Source: Sphaeroforma arctica JP610 (lineage: Eukaryota). From it: a DNA stretch of 40,244 bases. This document shows, in pieces, positions 15,889-27,874 of this stretch. The position numbers and the translations under genes are program-made. The DNA lies in NCBI RefSeq assembly GCF_001186125.1, contig NW_014039738.1, forward strand, positions 1 to 40,244, written 5' to 3'. A model generated the notes under the pieces. The model ran no database searches. It was given only the letters and a program-made list of their open reading frames with translations, and was not told where the DNA came from. Within the stretch, counting starts at the first letter, position 1; each line of letters opens with the position of its first letter.

Positions 15889-18800
15889 NTATATATATAT
15901 ATATATATATNTATANNNNNNNNNNNNNNNNNNNNGTGTGTGTGTGTGTGTGTGTGTGTAATACTCGATCGATACTGCAATACATTTGCAGCGAATATTC
16001 GTCACACCTTTGGCTCTCTACATTGAACGTTCGTATTCGATAAGTTAAATCATTGTGCCCGTATACACAGGACGGGACTGGTGTGGGCACCACTGCACAG
16101 AATACTGCAAAAGGCAAACACAACATTACAAAGAAGAAGCAAAGCGGTGGTTCAGAGGCGGTGGCGAACATGAATATTGACGCCGCTGATATCAGGTGAG
16201 AGGAGACGAGTGTGTTGTACATTGACTATAGTTTGGTTTAATAGGAGATGATGTTTACCTAGTACCTTGGCAATATATGAAAATAGATTTGATGTTTGTA
16301 GATCAAGATTTTTTTTGGTTGTCCGGGTCAGATGGACAGGCAAACACGGATTGAGGACAGCCGAACTTTCGTTGTATGAAAACAGATGTGTTTTAGATGA
16401 CAATTAGACTGTATATGAATTGGTGGGTTCGAAAAGGCAGCTGATTCGAATAAAGTGTGGTGACTAGATTGAATAGTATGTGAAATTAGGGCCACACGTG
16501 TTGGAGAACTGAGATCGCGCCTGTAGAGGCGAATGGATTTCGATTGATTTGGATTAGGTACACACACAAAAATGCTAGTTGCCGATTTATATACTTCTCA
16601 AATTGAAGAAGGAGAAAAATTGGCCAGATTGCAGCCGTGGCTGAGTTGTTCTGAATCTGATTTTCGTTGCTTTCAGCTTCAATCTATATACTAGACCTTT
16701 CCTATTGACGATCTACTTCGGAGGCTATTTGCTAAGTATACTGAATTTCCTTTCAGATCGTTTACCCGTACACACGCTTATATATATCTATATCCATCCG
16801 TGTATATATAGACCCATGTATATTCACATTCATACACTTTGCCTCCCGCACTCGTCATTACACCCACGAATATATTTTTCCATACATATGTGCGTCAATC
16901 ACTGATAGACGCGCGTTTCATCTGCACATGAACTCACACAAACATTTCACGCTGTGTACGCTTATTTTTGGCTTCTCTACACTGTGACCATTTCACCAAC
17001 ACATGCGCATATACATCCACGCAAAATTATGCATGCACACTTTAACCTTCACATACACCTACGCCCAAATACATTCACTTACACCTATGAACACATGCAG
17101 AAAAGAATATACACACTTACGCACACCTTATACACCACCACTTGCTCCCGTATATGTACACACGGTTTACACACACAAACGCCCATTTCTCGCCCAATCC
17201 ACGCTTAAGCCCGTTAGCACTTGCGCACACTTTTAAACTCTGCTAGGGATTCGGTGCTGAAGGGTGGCGTGGTAGAGGATGAGTTCGAAACCCTCGCGAA
17301 CAACTGCTGGCGCAGGGAGAAGACTGTTGTGCCAAGCGACCACGACACTCTGGCCCTGAGCATGGCCAATAGGTGTGTCGGTGTGTCGATATATTGTTTT
17401 AGTCAGTTTGCCAGTCTGTCACTTCAGTTTGACGGACCTTTAAAATTACTATAAAATCGCACGAGCTGCATGACAGATGTGTTGGGTGTGGACACAGGAA
17501 TAATGTAATTGATGAACAACAGTGGTGTTGCAGATATATGGGACCGTTTCGTTTGGCTCGGACTGTACGCACGGGATGCAGCTACGTGCTTCATAGCAAG
17601 ATAGAAGCAAATCTAAGTGACTAAACACATTCTGAAAAAGAAAATGCTTCAATCAGTTGAGACAATGCAACACGCGCACATGTTCAAAATAAAATCAGCT
17701 CATACGGGGAAAGATACGGGTATACAGACACACATGCGCCACCCAAAAGAATGCCACAACTGCACGTATACGTTTGCATCCGTACATACGCACGTTCACT
17801 GATATATACACGCACATCTGACGCCATACCTGCATGCAACGGCTATAAGTTCACGGCCAAAATCGTTGGATCGTGATTGACACTGCAAACCCCAATACAC
17901 ATGCAATAAATGACAATAAAACCAGCCTGGTCGTATGCACACATAGTTCTCGGATAGGAAAACAGCGTATACCATAAACACGTGGATGTGCATGTATTTG
18001 TGTGTAAAGATATAAGCCTGCACCCTGGACATGCAGCACATTCACACCCCACTATCGTACACAGGTACTACATCTACCAGACAATCCCAGGAAATGTCAA
18101 TAATGACTCGGGGGTGAAGGTTTTCAAAAAGGTACAGAAAGTTCGTGTATTTCTAAAAATGCGCATTTGTTGTGTTTGTGTTCGCGAAAACAAGATTGCC
18201 ATTAGTTGTCGCGTATTTTTCAATAAGAAATACGTATTTGTGCGTAGTATATTACTTCACTTTTTCTGTTTAATTATCTAAATATAAGTATGTATGTATA
18301 TATATGAGTGTCTTTGGCCAGTTAAGGGTCTTGTGTGTATGTGTCTGTACACCAAAGTTGGTGTGCGCGAGTTGCATGTCTTTGTCTGGTTATTTCTACT
18401 GATTAATTACACACTACCAGTAGTGCATTATGAATGCTCAGTATCTGGTTGCCTTTACTGTTAATTAATAAAGTATCGAAATTGCTAAATATATGGTTGC
18501 CTGTAGAGAATGAGCACACTACTACTAGAGTATTACGAGTGCTTGATATCTAGTTGCCTGAGTGTAATTCGGGTTGTGATTTTGAGGAATTCATGAAAAT
18601 TCAGCTGTTGAGTGTTCCCGTTATGTGCTTTTGGGTTGTTGTGTTTGCCTGAGCCAGTCTGTGGTATCGTTGTGTATGAGTGCTATCAATCGTGTTTTAT
18701 TATGTTACGACTACATATTGCAAGATCTTATAGAATCACCAAGAACGTACGATATCGTGTATGTACATATATACATACATATAACATACATATAATAATA

Positions 18801-19902
18801 ATGTGCTTGGACTGTTTAGAGCATTGGCCATTTTGTTCTGTTCATCACCTTTGTCCTTCTAATATCACACTTTCATATGGAATACTGTATATATAATATG
18901 TAGTTTCAGCTTTGATCTCTCGTGTTTACTGTCACCATTTGCTCTTATCATCTCATACCTACACATTGGCCAGCGTGTGATAGTTTCTTCCACATATGTG
19001 CTGGTTGCCACTGGTGCCCTTATAGTCTCACACCTACGAGTTACATTATGTATGTCATTAACTTTTGATGCCATCTATCACGTGTGTGCTATTTGTCACC
19101 TTGACAATTAATATCTCATATCGAGATGTTTAATAGCGTGTACTATTGTGTTTTCATGCCATCTACCACCGTGTACTAACTATCGCGATATGCTCTTATC
19201 ATCGCATGCGCACGTCATGAAGAATATATATCATGATGTTTTGATATCTACCTTTGTGTACCTTCACCATTTTCCCTTATTATCTCACGCGCACGTAGTA
19301 AAGTATGTGTATCGTGGTGTTTGATATCATCTACCACTCTGTGCTATCACCATTTTCCCTTATCATCTCACGCGCACGCAGTAAAGTACGTGTATCGTGG
19401 TGTTTGATATCATCTACCACTCTGTGCTATCACTCTTTTTCCCTTCTCATCTCACGCGTGCATACGGTATAGTGTGTCGCTGTGCTTGGTACCATCAACT
19501 ACTGTACTAACAATCACCGCTGCTCTCAAAATCGCACGTTTACAGCAATCCGTGGCTAAGTGGGACAGAGGACAGGCGCATGTGGTGCCTCACAACGCGC
19601 ACGTGCCAGAATACGACACCGAGATGCTAGACGACGACACACACGAACCCACACATGTAAACCACCATCCACCGGAGCCCATACCCGTGCCGAAGAATGT
19701 AGAAGATCCGTGGGACGATGAGGGTGAAGGTGAAGGGGTGGATATGGGTGAGGGCGTTACTAACGGATCATCGAGAGCGGATGTGGCTGTGGATGATAGC
19801 TTGGATCGGAATAGAGCAGACATGCGCGCGGCGATGGCCGCCCATACAGCGACAAGCTCCAGGGCTAAGAAATCTAACCCGTTTCTGAAGAGGAAACGAT
19901 GA
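1128..19902 (+). CDS. NBS1: Nibrin/NBS1 (MRN complex subunit) homologue, 19 coding exons, ~924 aa
   Basis: Manually spliced exons with AG/GT ends and consistent phases: 1128-1158, 2792-3015, 3600-3752, 5318-5438, 6289-6357, 7480-7753 (or 7762), 8387-8467, 9232-9334, 10563-10616, 10932-11066, 12457-12627, 12939-13146, 13565-13728, 14194-14371, 15420-15553 (GC donor), 16071-16195, 17247-17372, 18065-18131, 19546-19902; total 2775 nt. Motifs: MWTL start; FHA (FIGRKHC...SKTGTQVN...GDVLTLG); BRCT1 ([41 protein letters not shown]); BRCT2 ([12 protein letters not shown]...[18 protein letters not shown]); VKVFKK; C-terminal SNPFLKRKR*. The low-complexity middle exons are less certain. Confidence 0.88.
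2792..3015 (+). CDS. NBS1: NBS1 exon 2, FHA domain
   Basis: TAG acceptor, GTAGGT donor; encodes [13 protein letters not shown]...LFVSD...KSKTGTQVN. Confidence 0.85.
3600..3752 (+). CDS. NBS1: NBS1 exon 3, end of FHA / start of BRCT1
   Basis: TAG acceptor, GTGAGT donor; [35 protein letters not shown]. Confidence 0.85.
3885..4890. repeat. Compound (TA)n/(TG)n/(TATG)n/(ATT)n microsatellite in NBS1 intron 3
   Basis: Direct inspection; explains the spurious YI/CV ORFs. Confidence 0.95.
5318..5438 (+). CDS. NBS1: NBS1 exon 4, BRCT1
   Basis: CAG acceptor, GTATGT donor; [40 protein letters not shown]. Confidence 0.88.
6289..6357 (+). CDS. NBS1: NBS1 exon 5, BRCT linker
   Basis: TAG/GTAAGT ends; [23 protein letters not shown]; phases match both neighbours. 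Confidence 0.82.
7480..7753 (+). CDS. NBS1: NBS1 exon 6, BRCT2
   Basis: CAG acceptor; [16 protein letters not shown]...VLLAGAE; donor after 7753 or 7762 (both phase 2). Confidence 0.82.
8387..8467 (+). CDS. NBS1: NBS1 exon 7, end of BRCT2
   Basis: TAG/GTAAGT ends; [26 protein letters not shown]. Confidence 0.85.
9290..9610 (+). repeat. Three degenerate ~125-bp tandem copies containing the exon 8 3' end and donor site
   Basis: cagcccaccgagcagaagagaagtgcgtgatgaggtaatgta / cagtccaccgaacaaaagtgaagtgcgagatgaggcaatgta / cagtccatcgaacaaaaatgaagtgtaaggcgaggtagtgta. Confidence 0.75.
10672..10862. repeat. ~100-bp degenerate tandem duplication, intronic
   Basis: cattgagcacacat...gatacttcacagttgtata..aatttagt.ccttttt occurs twice. 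Confidence 0.75.
11510..11880. repeat. Compound (TA)n/(TG)n/(TATG)n microsatellite, intronic
   Basis: Direct inspection. Confidence 0.95.
18065..18131 (+). CDS. NBS1: NBS1 exon 18, putative Mre11-binding motif
   Basis: CAG/GTACAG ends; ...[10 protein letters not shown], positioned like the NFKxFxK motif. Confidence 0.65.
18930..19540. repeat. Degenerate ~83-bp minisatellite array in the last NBS1 intron
   Basis: Best-conserved units start at 19265, 19348 and 19431 (period 83); fainter copies on either side. Confidence 0.75.
19546..19902 (+). CDS. NBS1: NBS1 last exon, acidic tail and ATM-interacting-like C-terminus
   Basis: CAG acceptor; acidic tract followed by [11 protein letters not shown], resembling the vertebrate nibrin terminus NPYLKRRR*. 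Confidence 0.85.
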   Translation, partial: QSVAKWDRGQAHVVPHNAHVPEYDTEMLDDDTHEPTHVNHHPPEPIPVPKNVEDPWDDEGEGEGVDMGEGVTNGSSRADVAVDDSLDRNRADMRAAMAAHTATSSRAKKSNPFLKRKR

Positions 19903-22680
19903 GTTGGGCTTGCATGTGTGCATATTTATGTGTACCACATTGTACAGGTTTACATGTGAGCAGTGCATATGATAGTGCATCATATCGTTCGTTTCTTGAC
20001 AAGGAAGAGCTGAGAATGAGGTTATAGCAAGTATATGTATGTGCAGTATATTCTTAACTTGATTTGTATATTGTATATATGTGTTAAGAAATACAGATAC
20101 ATAGTGCAGAGCTACACCACAAGGATGTGGCCTTGTGCGACTTGGTCATCATTGCGGCTTGCCCAATTGCTTGCTGCATCCAGCCTCCCAAAATTACTTC
20201 GTATCTTGAGCCATTTAACCGATTTGAGGAGAGCAGAGTGAGAAAGACTTGTAACACAATACAAAGACTCTCACGTCCCCAAGGATTCTACGTGCCTGGC
20301 GACCGGCGCGCTATCGGTCCTCGCGTTTACCTACCCAGCCATGAGTAAATGGTTACCTACATGCGTATACCTACCTTACTACGAGCTATGACTACCCACG
20401 GGCCTACCTACGCATCTTCGGACCCTTCTCCCTCCAGTACACACACACGTTTTCATGACAGTCCACGTGCCCACCACCTCGCACGCGCTCCAAATCGCCC
20501 ACGCATAGATGGCTACCAGCACTTGCGCAGTGTACGGTGTACTCGTGATCATGGCTACATACCTGCCTTTAAATACCGAATTGCGTACTGTTACGCTCGA
20601 GTTCCGATCCTACCACGTGCGTAGTGGTCTGAGTACGTGAATAGGTCAAGAACAGATAGAAGGCCCATGTGCTCCTATCCTATCGACCGTGTATATAGTG
20701 TCACACCGCAGCACGGATAAGCGACAGGGGAACACATACTTCAGTGAACACCTATGGGACTCATTGAATGACCGAGTTCCCTTAGTGCAGAGATGTGTCC
20801 TCCGGTAAGACTGGATTATATCGTTAGGCTCCTACAGACAGTTATGGCACAGCCACGTGGGTTTTCCGCGATAAGTCTCGAGATACCTTGAACACGAGGA
20901 TTTTTCCAGAAGAAACATGCCACACTAAAATATATAAGGTGGTTCTGGACTGAATGCAAACTTCCAAATATAATCAGACTATAATTGAGACACAGCAGAA
21001 TTGCCTTTTCTGTCAGGCATTTGCAACTTCGAGTAGGAATTTAATTTGAATCCCTGGAAGTGCGTGGTCGCTCGACATCAACCCCCAAAAAAAACTAGGG
21101 GATCTGGGCAGCTGAACGTACCTTGATCGATCAGGGTACAGCTGGGAAATGCAATTACTCGCCTGGCCACGCCACTTGTATGTAGATATACCAGAGCAGA
21201 TAAGGCCTCAGAATTTTGCGTGTTGGTTGTGAAACATTCAATGGACAGTTCGTCCCTCCGATCAATGCATATGTATGTGATGTGTGTACGTGCACATGCC
21301 TCATCTAAAAGTTTCTTATTGTTGAGTGTATGCGTACACGCAAATATGCAAAATCACTCTCCGAACTCGTGGAGAAGTGCGAATTTACACGTGTTAATGG
21401 GAAATTCAAACATTTCTTCATGGCGTTTCTGGTTATACGTTCACAATCTGAGCTTTGAAAGTACTTGAAAATGCACATGCGCTCGAATAAACCACTAAAA
21501 TATGTGCGTACAATTACTCGTATGTGTGCGTCTCTTTATCCTGATTTTTTATTGAAGCATACGCGGGTTTGTATTATACCATTGCAATACTAGACTTGCG
21601 CGACTATACTGGAATTTATACTCGGGCATTTTTTTTTTAAATGCTAGGCAAGATTTAGAACTTTTGCTGAAGTGAGGTGCGTTCGGCACTGAGGGATGAT
21701 CCTAAGTCGACCTGATTCTGTACATGAAAGTGAATTTTACAATTATTGTGGCAGCTGTGCCAGTCATCCTGGTGTCCCTCAACAGAAGACATCCCGAACA
21801 ATCGACATAATACTTGGTGGTCTGTTATGTACGCTTATAGTATACCATCCACTTAACTGAAGTGCTTGGTGGGTGTTAGTCCAGTGTGATATCTAATTAT
21901 TCAGTTTTACTGTATATGCAAGATTTCTTTGCTTACAGCATCCAACTATTCAAGTGCATAAAGAACTTCGTTTCAATTGTAATTTTCACTTGTACAGTAG
22001 GTGTTCTGAAGTTTGACTAAATAAAAACACTGTAATAATAGAATGGTACTTCAATAAAATGATGAAAAATAACATTTGCCTTGTACTTTTTGACTTTATA
22101 ATATGCTTATTTTTTGGTTGCTTACTCGTAGATCATTGATTGCTGTCTGCCTGACTTGTAAATACTTTTCGATAGATGCCTTTTCATGAGTTTTCGCTCT
22201 TTGAATCGACTCTTGAATGCTTTTCTTTCGTCATGAGTTTTCGACCTTTGAATTGACTCGTGAATACTAACAAGAGTTTTTCGGTCTTTGAACTTGATTC
22301 TCGACCCTTGAACGTTGGGAATACTTGCCAATGCTAATACTTCCGGATTTTGGATTATGAATGATCGAATGTTTTCGCCTGCAAATACAATACTGTCTGA
22401 AAATGTCTTTGTGAATTCTCGTGAGTTGGATCGCATTGTGAATAGCCTGAAACTTAGAATATCTTCAAATAATAAAGGCAATTAGTATATGAATCTTTTT
22501 ACGCTGTGTATTCTGGTACAAGTCTTTTTCGACTTAGTATATCCCAAATTTGTTCAAGCGATTAGTGTATGGTTTTCATAATGTGTTCATTGGTACAAAA
22601 TGTCTCTTAAGACTTTAAGATAGGAGGTATATGATTTTTACACTGTATACTTCGGCACAATTTGTGTACTCTCCGATTCT

Positions 22681-22758
22681 TGTATTATTTTCATATTGCT
22701 TGCCTTTTACACTTGTGTTTGTATTATCTTCATATTGCTTGCCTTTTACACTTGTGTT
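22681..22758. repeat. 39-bp tandem duplication (2 copies, 1 mismatch)
   Basis: tgtattat(t/c)ttcatattgcttgccttttacacttgtgtt x2. Confidence 0.9.
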
Positions 22759-22994
22759 TATATTTATATAGCGCTTTTCTATTGTCAATAGACACATAGA
22801 CTTCACTTTTAATGGGCGTCCCCAAAAAAGTGGAATGACTATATCAATTGCAATAGGAGCAATCCGTACTATATCATCTGAGCATAATCGTAACTGTTTC
22901 ATTCATATCGAATATATTAAATGCTCTTTAACGTACGGCTTGATATATTTACACTTGTGTTTACTGTACAGTGGTCACCGGTTGTATATGTTTT

Positions 22995-25900
22995 CTATAG
23001 GTCAGACATCTTGCTCATTATTTTGTCTCGAGCGTATATAAACTTTTTCTGGTCTAAGGGTTTTGTAAGCATATCGCTTAAAATTTATGTTGTTGGTGTG
23101 TATAGAAGTCGGACTTCGCCTGTGACTATCCTTTCTTGTGTGGAGTGATAATGCTTGTGTCTGTGGCGTGTGCGCACTGAGGACTTTGAATTCTCACTTA
23201 TCTTGATCGATGACTTGTTGTTTTGTTCGATGATCGTAGGCTGTGCTTGCGGTAGACCAATTCCTTTAAGTAAGTGCCGTGCCCATACTGCGTCTCGTGT
23301 TGTGTCTGAGCATGCGACATATTCTGCTTCGGCTGTCGAAAGTGCTGTTGTCTTATGTAAGTTCGTCCCCCATAAAAACGGTACACCTGCTATCATACCA
23401 ATCTTTCCTGTAGTAGATTTTGTATTTTCTGAGTTTGAACAGTAGTCACTGTCAGCTGAAAAAATAGGTGTGAAGGGTATATCCTTACTGTATGTGATGC
23501 CCAAATCTCGTGTTCCTGACAAGTATCGTAAAACTCGCTTGGCGGCTCGTAAGTGGCGTTCCATCGGTGCGACTAAATGACGTCCCAGTAGGTTCACCGC
23601 AAGTGATATGTCCGGTCTCGTGCCATCCGCCAAGTATCGTAAGCATCTTACAATGTGTTGATAAGCTTTGATGTCAGTAGGTGTATCTTTGTCCGTAGCA
23701 ATGTAATCGGTTCCAATGCAAGGGACCCGATATGTATTGCATTCTAGTAAATTCTTCAAGTAGATCCATTGTGTATTGGCCCTGATGTATGCTGACTTTG
23801 AGTTTGAGTTTGAGAACCCGGCTAGGCTCGCCCATATCTGTAGTGTTCCATTGTGTCTTCATTGCCTGAGTTATTGCATCCGCATCTGCTTTCGATTGAC
23901 ACATCACAATTTTGTCGTCCACTTGTACAAATAGTATACATAGTTGTCCGGCTGAAGTTCGTTTGACGAATAAAGCTTTGTCCTCATATAGTGGAATGTA
24001 ACCTTGCTTGATACAGAGCGCCTTATTTTGTTGATACCAGAGCTCGCCGGATTGAGGTAAACCATATAGAGCCTTTGATACTTTGCACACGACGGTCTTG
24101 TCTCCTTTTAGTGATCGTGTCAGTAATGCCTGTTGAGTAGGAGAAAGATGTTGATTTAGTAGATGATATCCTCTGAGTACACGCATATATACTGGCTCCT
24201 CGAGGTCGCTATTCAGGTAAGCATTCGGTGTGTCGTACTGGCGGACGGTCATGTTCGTGTGGGCTAGCAGTGCCATACATAATCGAAATGTATCTTTGTT
24301 GACCACTGGGACATAGCTTCGAGTATAGTCAATTCCTTCAACGGCGGACCAGGCAGCGACGGTCAATCGGCTCTTCAGTCTGACTACGATGCCTTTGTCG
24401 TTCCGTTTCTCAACAAAGACCCATTTCGGACTGAAAATTGTCTTGTCAGGTGGTTTGCTGTCAACCAGGGTGAGTGTTGGCTTGGTGATGACAAGTGCGG
24501 TCAACTCTTGATTGATACTGGATAGCCATGAATCTTGATTCGAAAGTTTTGCAATATCTGAATATACTTTGGGTACAGATTTTTCAGGTGTTAGTTTGTT
24601 AGTTATTTTCATAGTGGCAATATTTGTATTTTTTTGAGCGTGTGTGGGTGCGGGTAAAGGTATGTATGGAGGTGGTCTGCGTGTAAATGTTTGTTGCGTG
24701 CATATGTCATTATTCCAAATGAAGAATTGATCCTCAAATATTGTGGCATCTCTACTTATAGCTATTGTCTTTGTGGATGGATTCTAAATTTTATATGTGT
24801 CCGTAGTAGTGTTGAGTGGTTGTGCGATTAGTATCCCTGGTCGGCCACGGTTAGCAAGTGATGATGTATCTTGCCTCTCCTTGTAGAGTACCCTACATCC
24901 AAATACGCGGTATCGGTCGGTGTTTGCTGGCTGTTGTGACAGTAGTGTTATGGGTGGTGGGCTGGGTTTGACCATAAGGCGTTAGTAATATTAACAGCAT
25001 GAATTATTGCTTCTCCCCAAAAGCTTGACGGCAGATTTGCATACGCAAGCATGGCTCGGGCTCGATTTTTGATAGTCTGGTGGGCTCTCTCGACAATCCC
25101 GTGCAGTTGTGGTGTGGCCGTCGGTACGTATCTGATCATGTTTCCCAAGTGGCATAATTTTCGTCTCATCTCGACTGATGTAAATTGACTGCCTTGGTCG
25201 AATTGTATTGTCGAAACTCTCCTTCCGGATAATACGTGTAGCTGGTCGAATAATTGCAGCAGATATTCCAAGTCGTTGGCGATTGTTATAGTCGTTAATA
25301 GTGTGACCATAAGATATCGCGAGTGATCGTCTATTATTGTCAGGGCATATCGATTGTTGTCTAAAGTAGGGGGGCTATACGGTCCTATAATATCACTTAG
25401 GAACAAATCCAATGGTTCAGAAGAAACTTCGCCTTGTCTTTCGCTGGAAGTAGAACGGCTCCTTTGGTTGGCCCTAGCAAATTCGTCGCACTGCTTATGT
25501 TATCAAATGAGTCTTCTTCAATATGTATACCGCGATTCTTCGGTGTAATGATGGCGAGGTGTTTTCCTGAAAATATAAAGAGATTCCCATGTTCTGTCAT
25601 CAATCGTACGCTGAGTAAAGAAATCGTGAATGTCTCATCCAGCAGGGCTGTTCCGAGATCGAAGAATTCGGCAGAGCAAGTTGGTGTAATACTGTTCCCA
25701 TCAGCAACTTTCACTGTATATGTATTGTTGGCGGTTGTCGGTAAATTTAGCGCGACTGTCTTTTCTGAATATGGTAATATATACTTGGTCGCACATGAAT
25801 CGATGGCGAGTCAATATCCTCCTGGACCTCTCAATTGGGGCAGTCTTGGGTTGAATTATGTGTCTACCTGGGTGGCATGAGCGTTCACCATAAAAGCATT

Positions 25901-26170
25901 TGCTGGTTGTTGGGACCTTGTATGTGTGCTGCTTGGTTTTTGTATATGCGCGTATTCCAACTATATCCAATTGACATATTGTTGATGTTGTGCTGCGGCA
26001 TCTTTCTAGTCAAATTCAGCTTGCAGTCTTATGAGCAAACTGTCTGCAAGATTGGGATTAGCAATTGCAGAATTAGCGTGTTGTTGTCGGTTTCTTAATC
26101 CATAATTTTTGTATGATCCTTGTCCTCGATTTCCATATCGTCTGTTGAATCCTCCGCGTTGGTTTTGGTC
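22995..26170 (-). mobile_element. Degenerate Ty1/copia LTR retrotransposon internal region (Gag C-terminus, PR, IN, RT, RNase H)
   Basis: Minus-strand order: RG-rich Gag end (RGGFNRRYGNRGQG); protease LAIDSCAT...VADG; integrase SDIIGP...IIDDHSRY...FDQGSQF...GIVERAHQT; RT KWVF...KSRL...NAYLNSDL...KALYGLPQSG...VQVDD; RNase H SADSDY...ALSTAEAEY...SDMLTKPL. The PR-IN-RT-RH order is diagnostic of copia. Many stops and frameshifts; no LTR pair found. Confidence 0.93.
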
Positions 26171-26795
26171 GGGTTTTGAGTCGTTGGTCCATCTGTGCGA
26201 GGAGTGGACCCAGCATTGTTTCCGGAGAAGCCATCATTTCTAGAGAATGGTCCCATCGATTGTGATTAATGGTTGATGAAGTGGGTCTGGGCTTGGTGGC
26301 TCTCGCCACAATACTAACTGTCGGGATAAGTTCGTTCTGAGGGGTCCGGTTGGATCTTCCATTTCTGGAATAACCGGAGGACTGTCTCGGATCGGAATGT
26401 CCAATGATATTGTAGCAATTTGCCCAAGCGGGACAAGTCGTCGACTGCCAGGTTTAATTTCCCTGGCATGTAACCGAGGGCTACTGGCCAGAGGATTTTT
26501 TTTGGTGGCAGAACCACACTAGACGCCTCAGTTGCGCATTCATCAAGGATGATTGACTTCTGCGCGTGTAGAGCCGTACTGCTGTCTGTGAGCCACAGTA
26601 GAGGCACCTGGCCGATTGTATGGTGGGTGTGAAAGTACTCGTAGGCCAAAATCAGAGCCTTCAGTTCCAAGACTGCTATGGGCCATAGGGACTCCGTATG
26701 ACACCATATCCCGGCAAAGGTGAAGGTGGTCTTGTCATCTCGATGGTGTTCTGAACTAGATCGATGATGACACCGAGGTGCTGTAATCGGGATGG
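26170..26795 (-). mobile_element. Internally deleted DIRS-type retrotransposon fragment (RT end, RNase H, MT-like), paralogous to the element at 36-40 kb
   Basis: RLQHLGVIIDL..NTIEM, LELKAL, LTDSSTAL, WPVALGYMPGKLN, LLQYHWT and WDHSLEMMASPETMLG all match the plus-strand copy. Confidence 0.88.
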
Positions 26796-27046
26796 ATCTA
26801 CCTTGTTTTGACTAAAAAAACCCCATTCCTTTTTCCAAAGGGCTTTTCGCCTTAAAAATTATCCTAATTCCGATTTACCTTGTTTATTTTCAGCAGAATT
26901 GGGCTCGTGTTGCAGAGACTCAAATGACATTTCTTGAAATAGATGTTATTGACAGAGGAGTAGAGGGACTCAGACTAATTTTCTTTTATTAAAATATATT
27001 TATTTTTAACCGTGGAGTATAGGGATAATATTATTTATTTCAAAAA

Positions 27047-27874
27047 NNNNNNNNNNNNNNNNNNNNNNNNNNNNNNNNNNNNNNNNNNNNNNNNNNNNNN
27101 NNNNNNNNNNNNNNNNNNNNNNNNNNNNNNNNNNNNNNNNNNNNNNNNNNNNNNNNNNNNNNNNNNNNNNNNNNNNNNNNNNNNNNNNNNNNNNNNNNNN
27201 NNNNNNNNNNNNNNNNNNNNNNNNNNNNNNNNNNNNNNNNNNNNNNNNNNNNNNNNNNNNNNNNNNNNNNNNNNNNNNNNNNNNNNNNNNNNNNNNNNNN
27301 NNNNNNNNNNNNNNNNNNNNNNNNNNNNNNNNNNNNNNNNNNNNNNNNNNNNNNNNNNNNNNNNNNNNNNNNNNNNNNNNNNNNNNNNNNNNNNNNNNNN
27401 NNNNNNNNNNNNNNNNNNNNNNNNNNNNNNNNNNNNNNNNNNNNNNNNNNNNNNNNNNNNNNNNNNNNNNNNNNNNNNNNNNNNNNNNNNNNNNNNNNNN
27501 NNNNNNNNNNNNNNNNNNNNNNNNNNNNNNNNNNNNNNNNNNNNNNNNNNNNNNNNNNNNNNNNNNNNNNNNNNNNNNNNNNNNNNNNNNNNNNNNNNNN
27601 NNNNNNNNNNNNNNNNNNNNNNNNNNNNNNNNNNNNNNNNNNNNNNNNNNNNNNNNNNNNNNNNNNNNNNNNNNNNNNNNNNNNNNNNNNNNNNNNNNNN
27701 NNNNNNNNNNNNNNNNNNNNNNNNNNNNNNNNNNNNNNNNNNNNNNNNNNNNNNNNNNNNNNNNNNNNNNNNNNNNNNNNNNNNNNNNNNNNNNNNNNNN
27801 NNNNNNNNNNNNNNNNNNNNNNNNNNNNNNNNNNNNNNNNNNNNNNNNNNNNNNNNNNNNNNNNNNNNNNNNNN
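27047..27874. other. Assembly gap (N run)
   Basis: Run of n; ORFs spanning it are artefacts. Confidence 0.99.

Noticed and set aside
18930..19540. Regularly spaced repeats suggesting a CRISPR array
   Set aside because: Whole units repeat with no unique spacers, there are no cas genes, and the array sits in a eukaryotic intron; it is a minisatellite.
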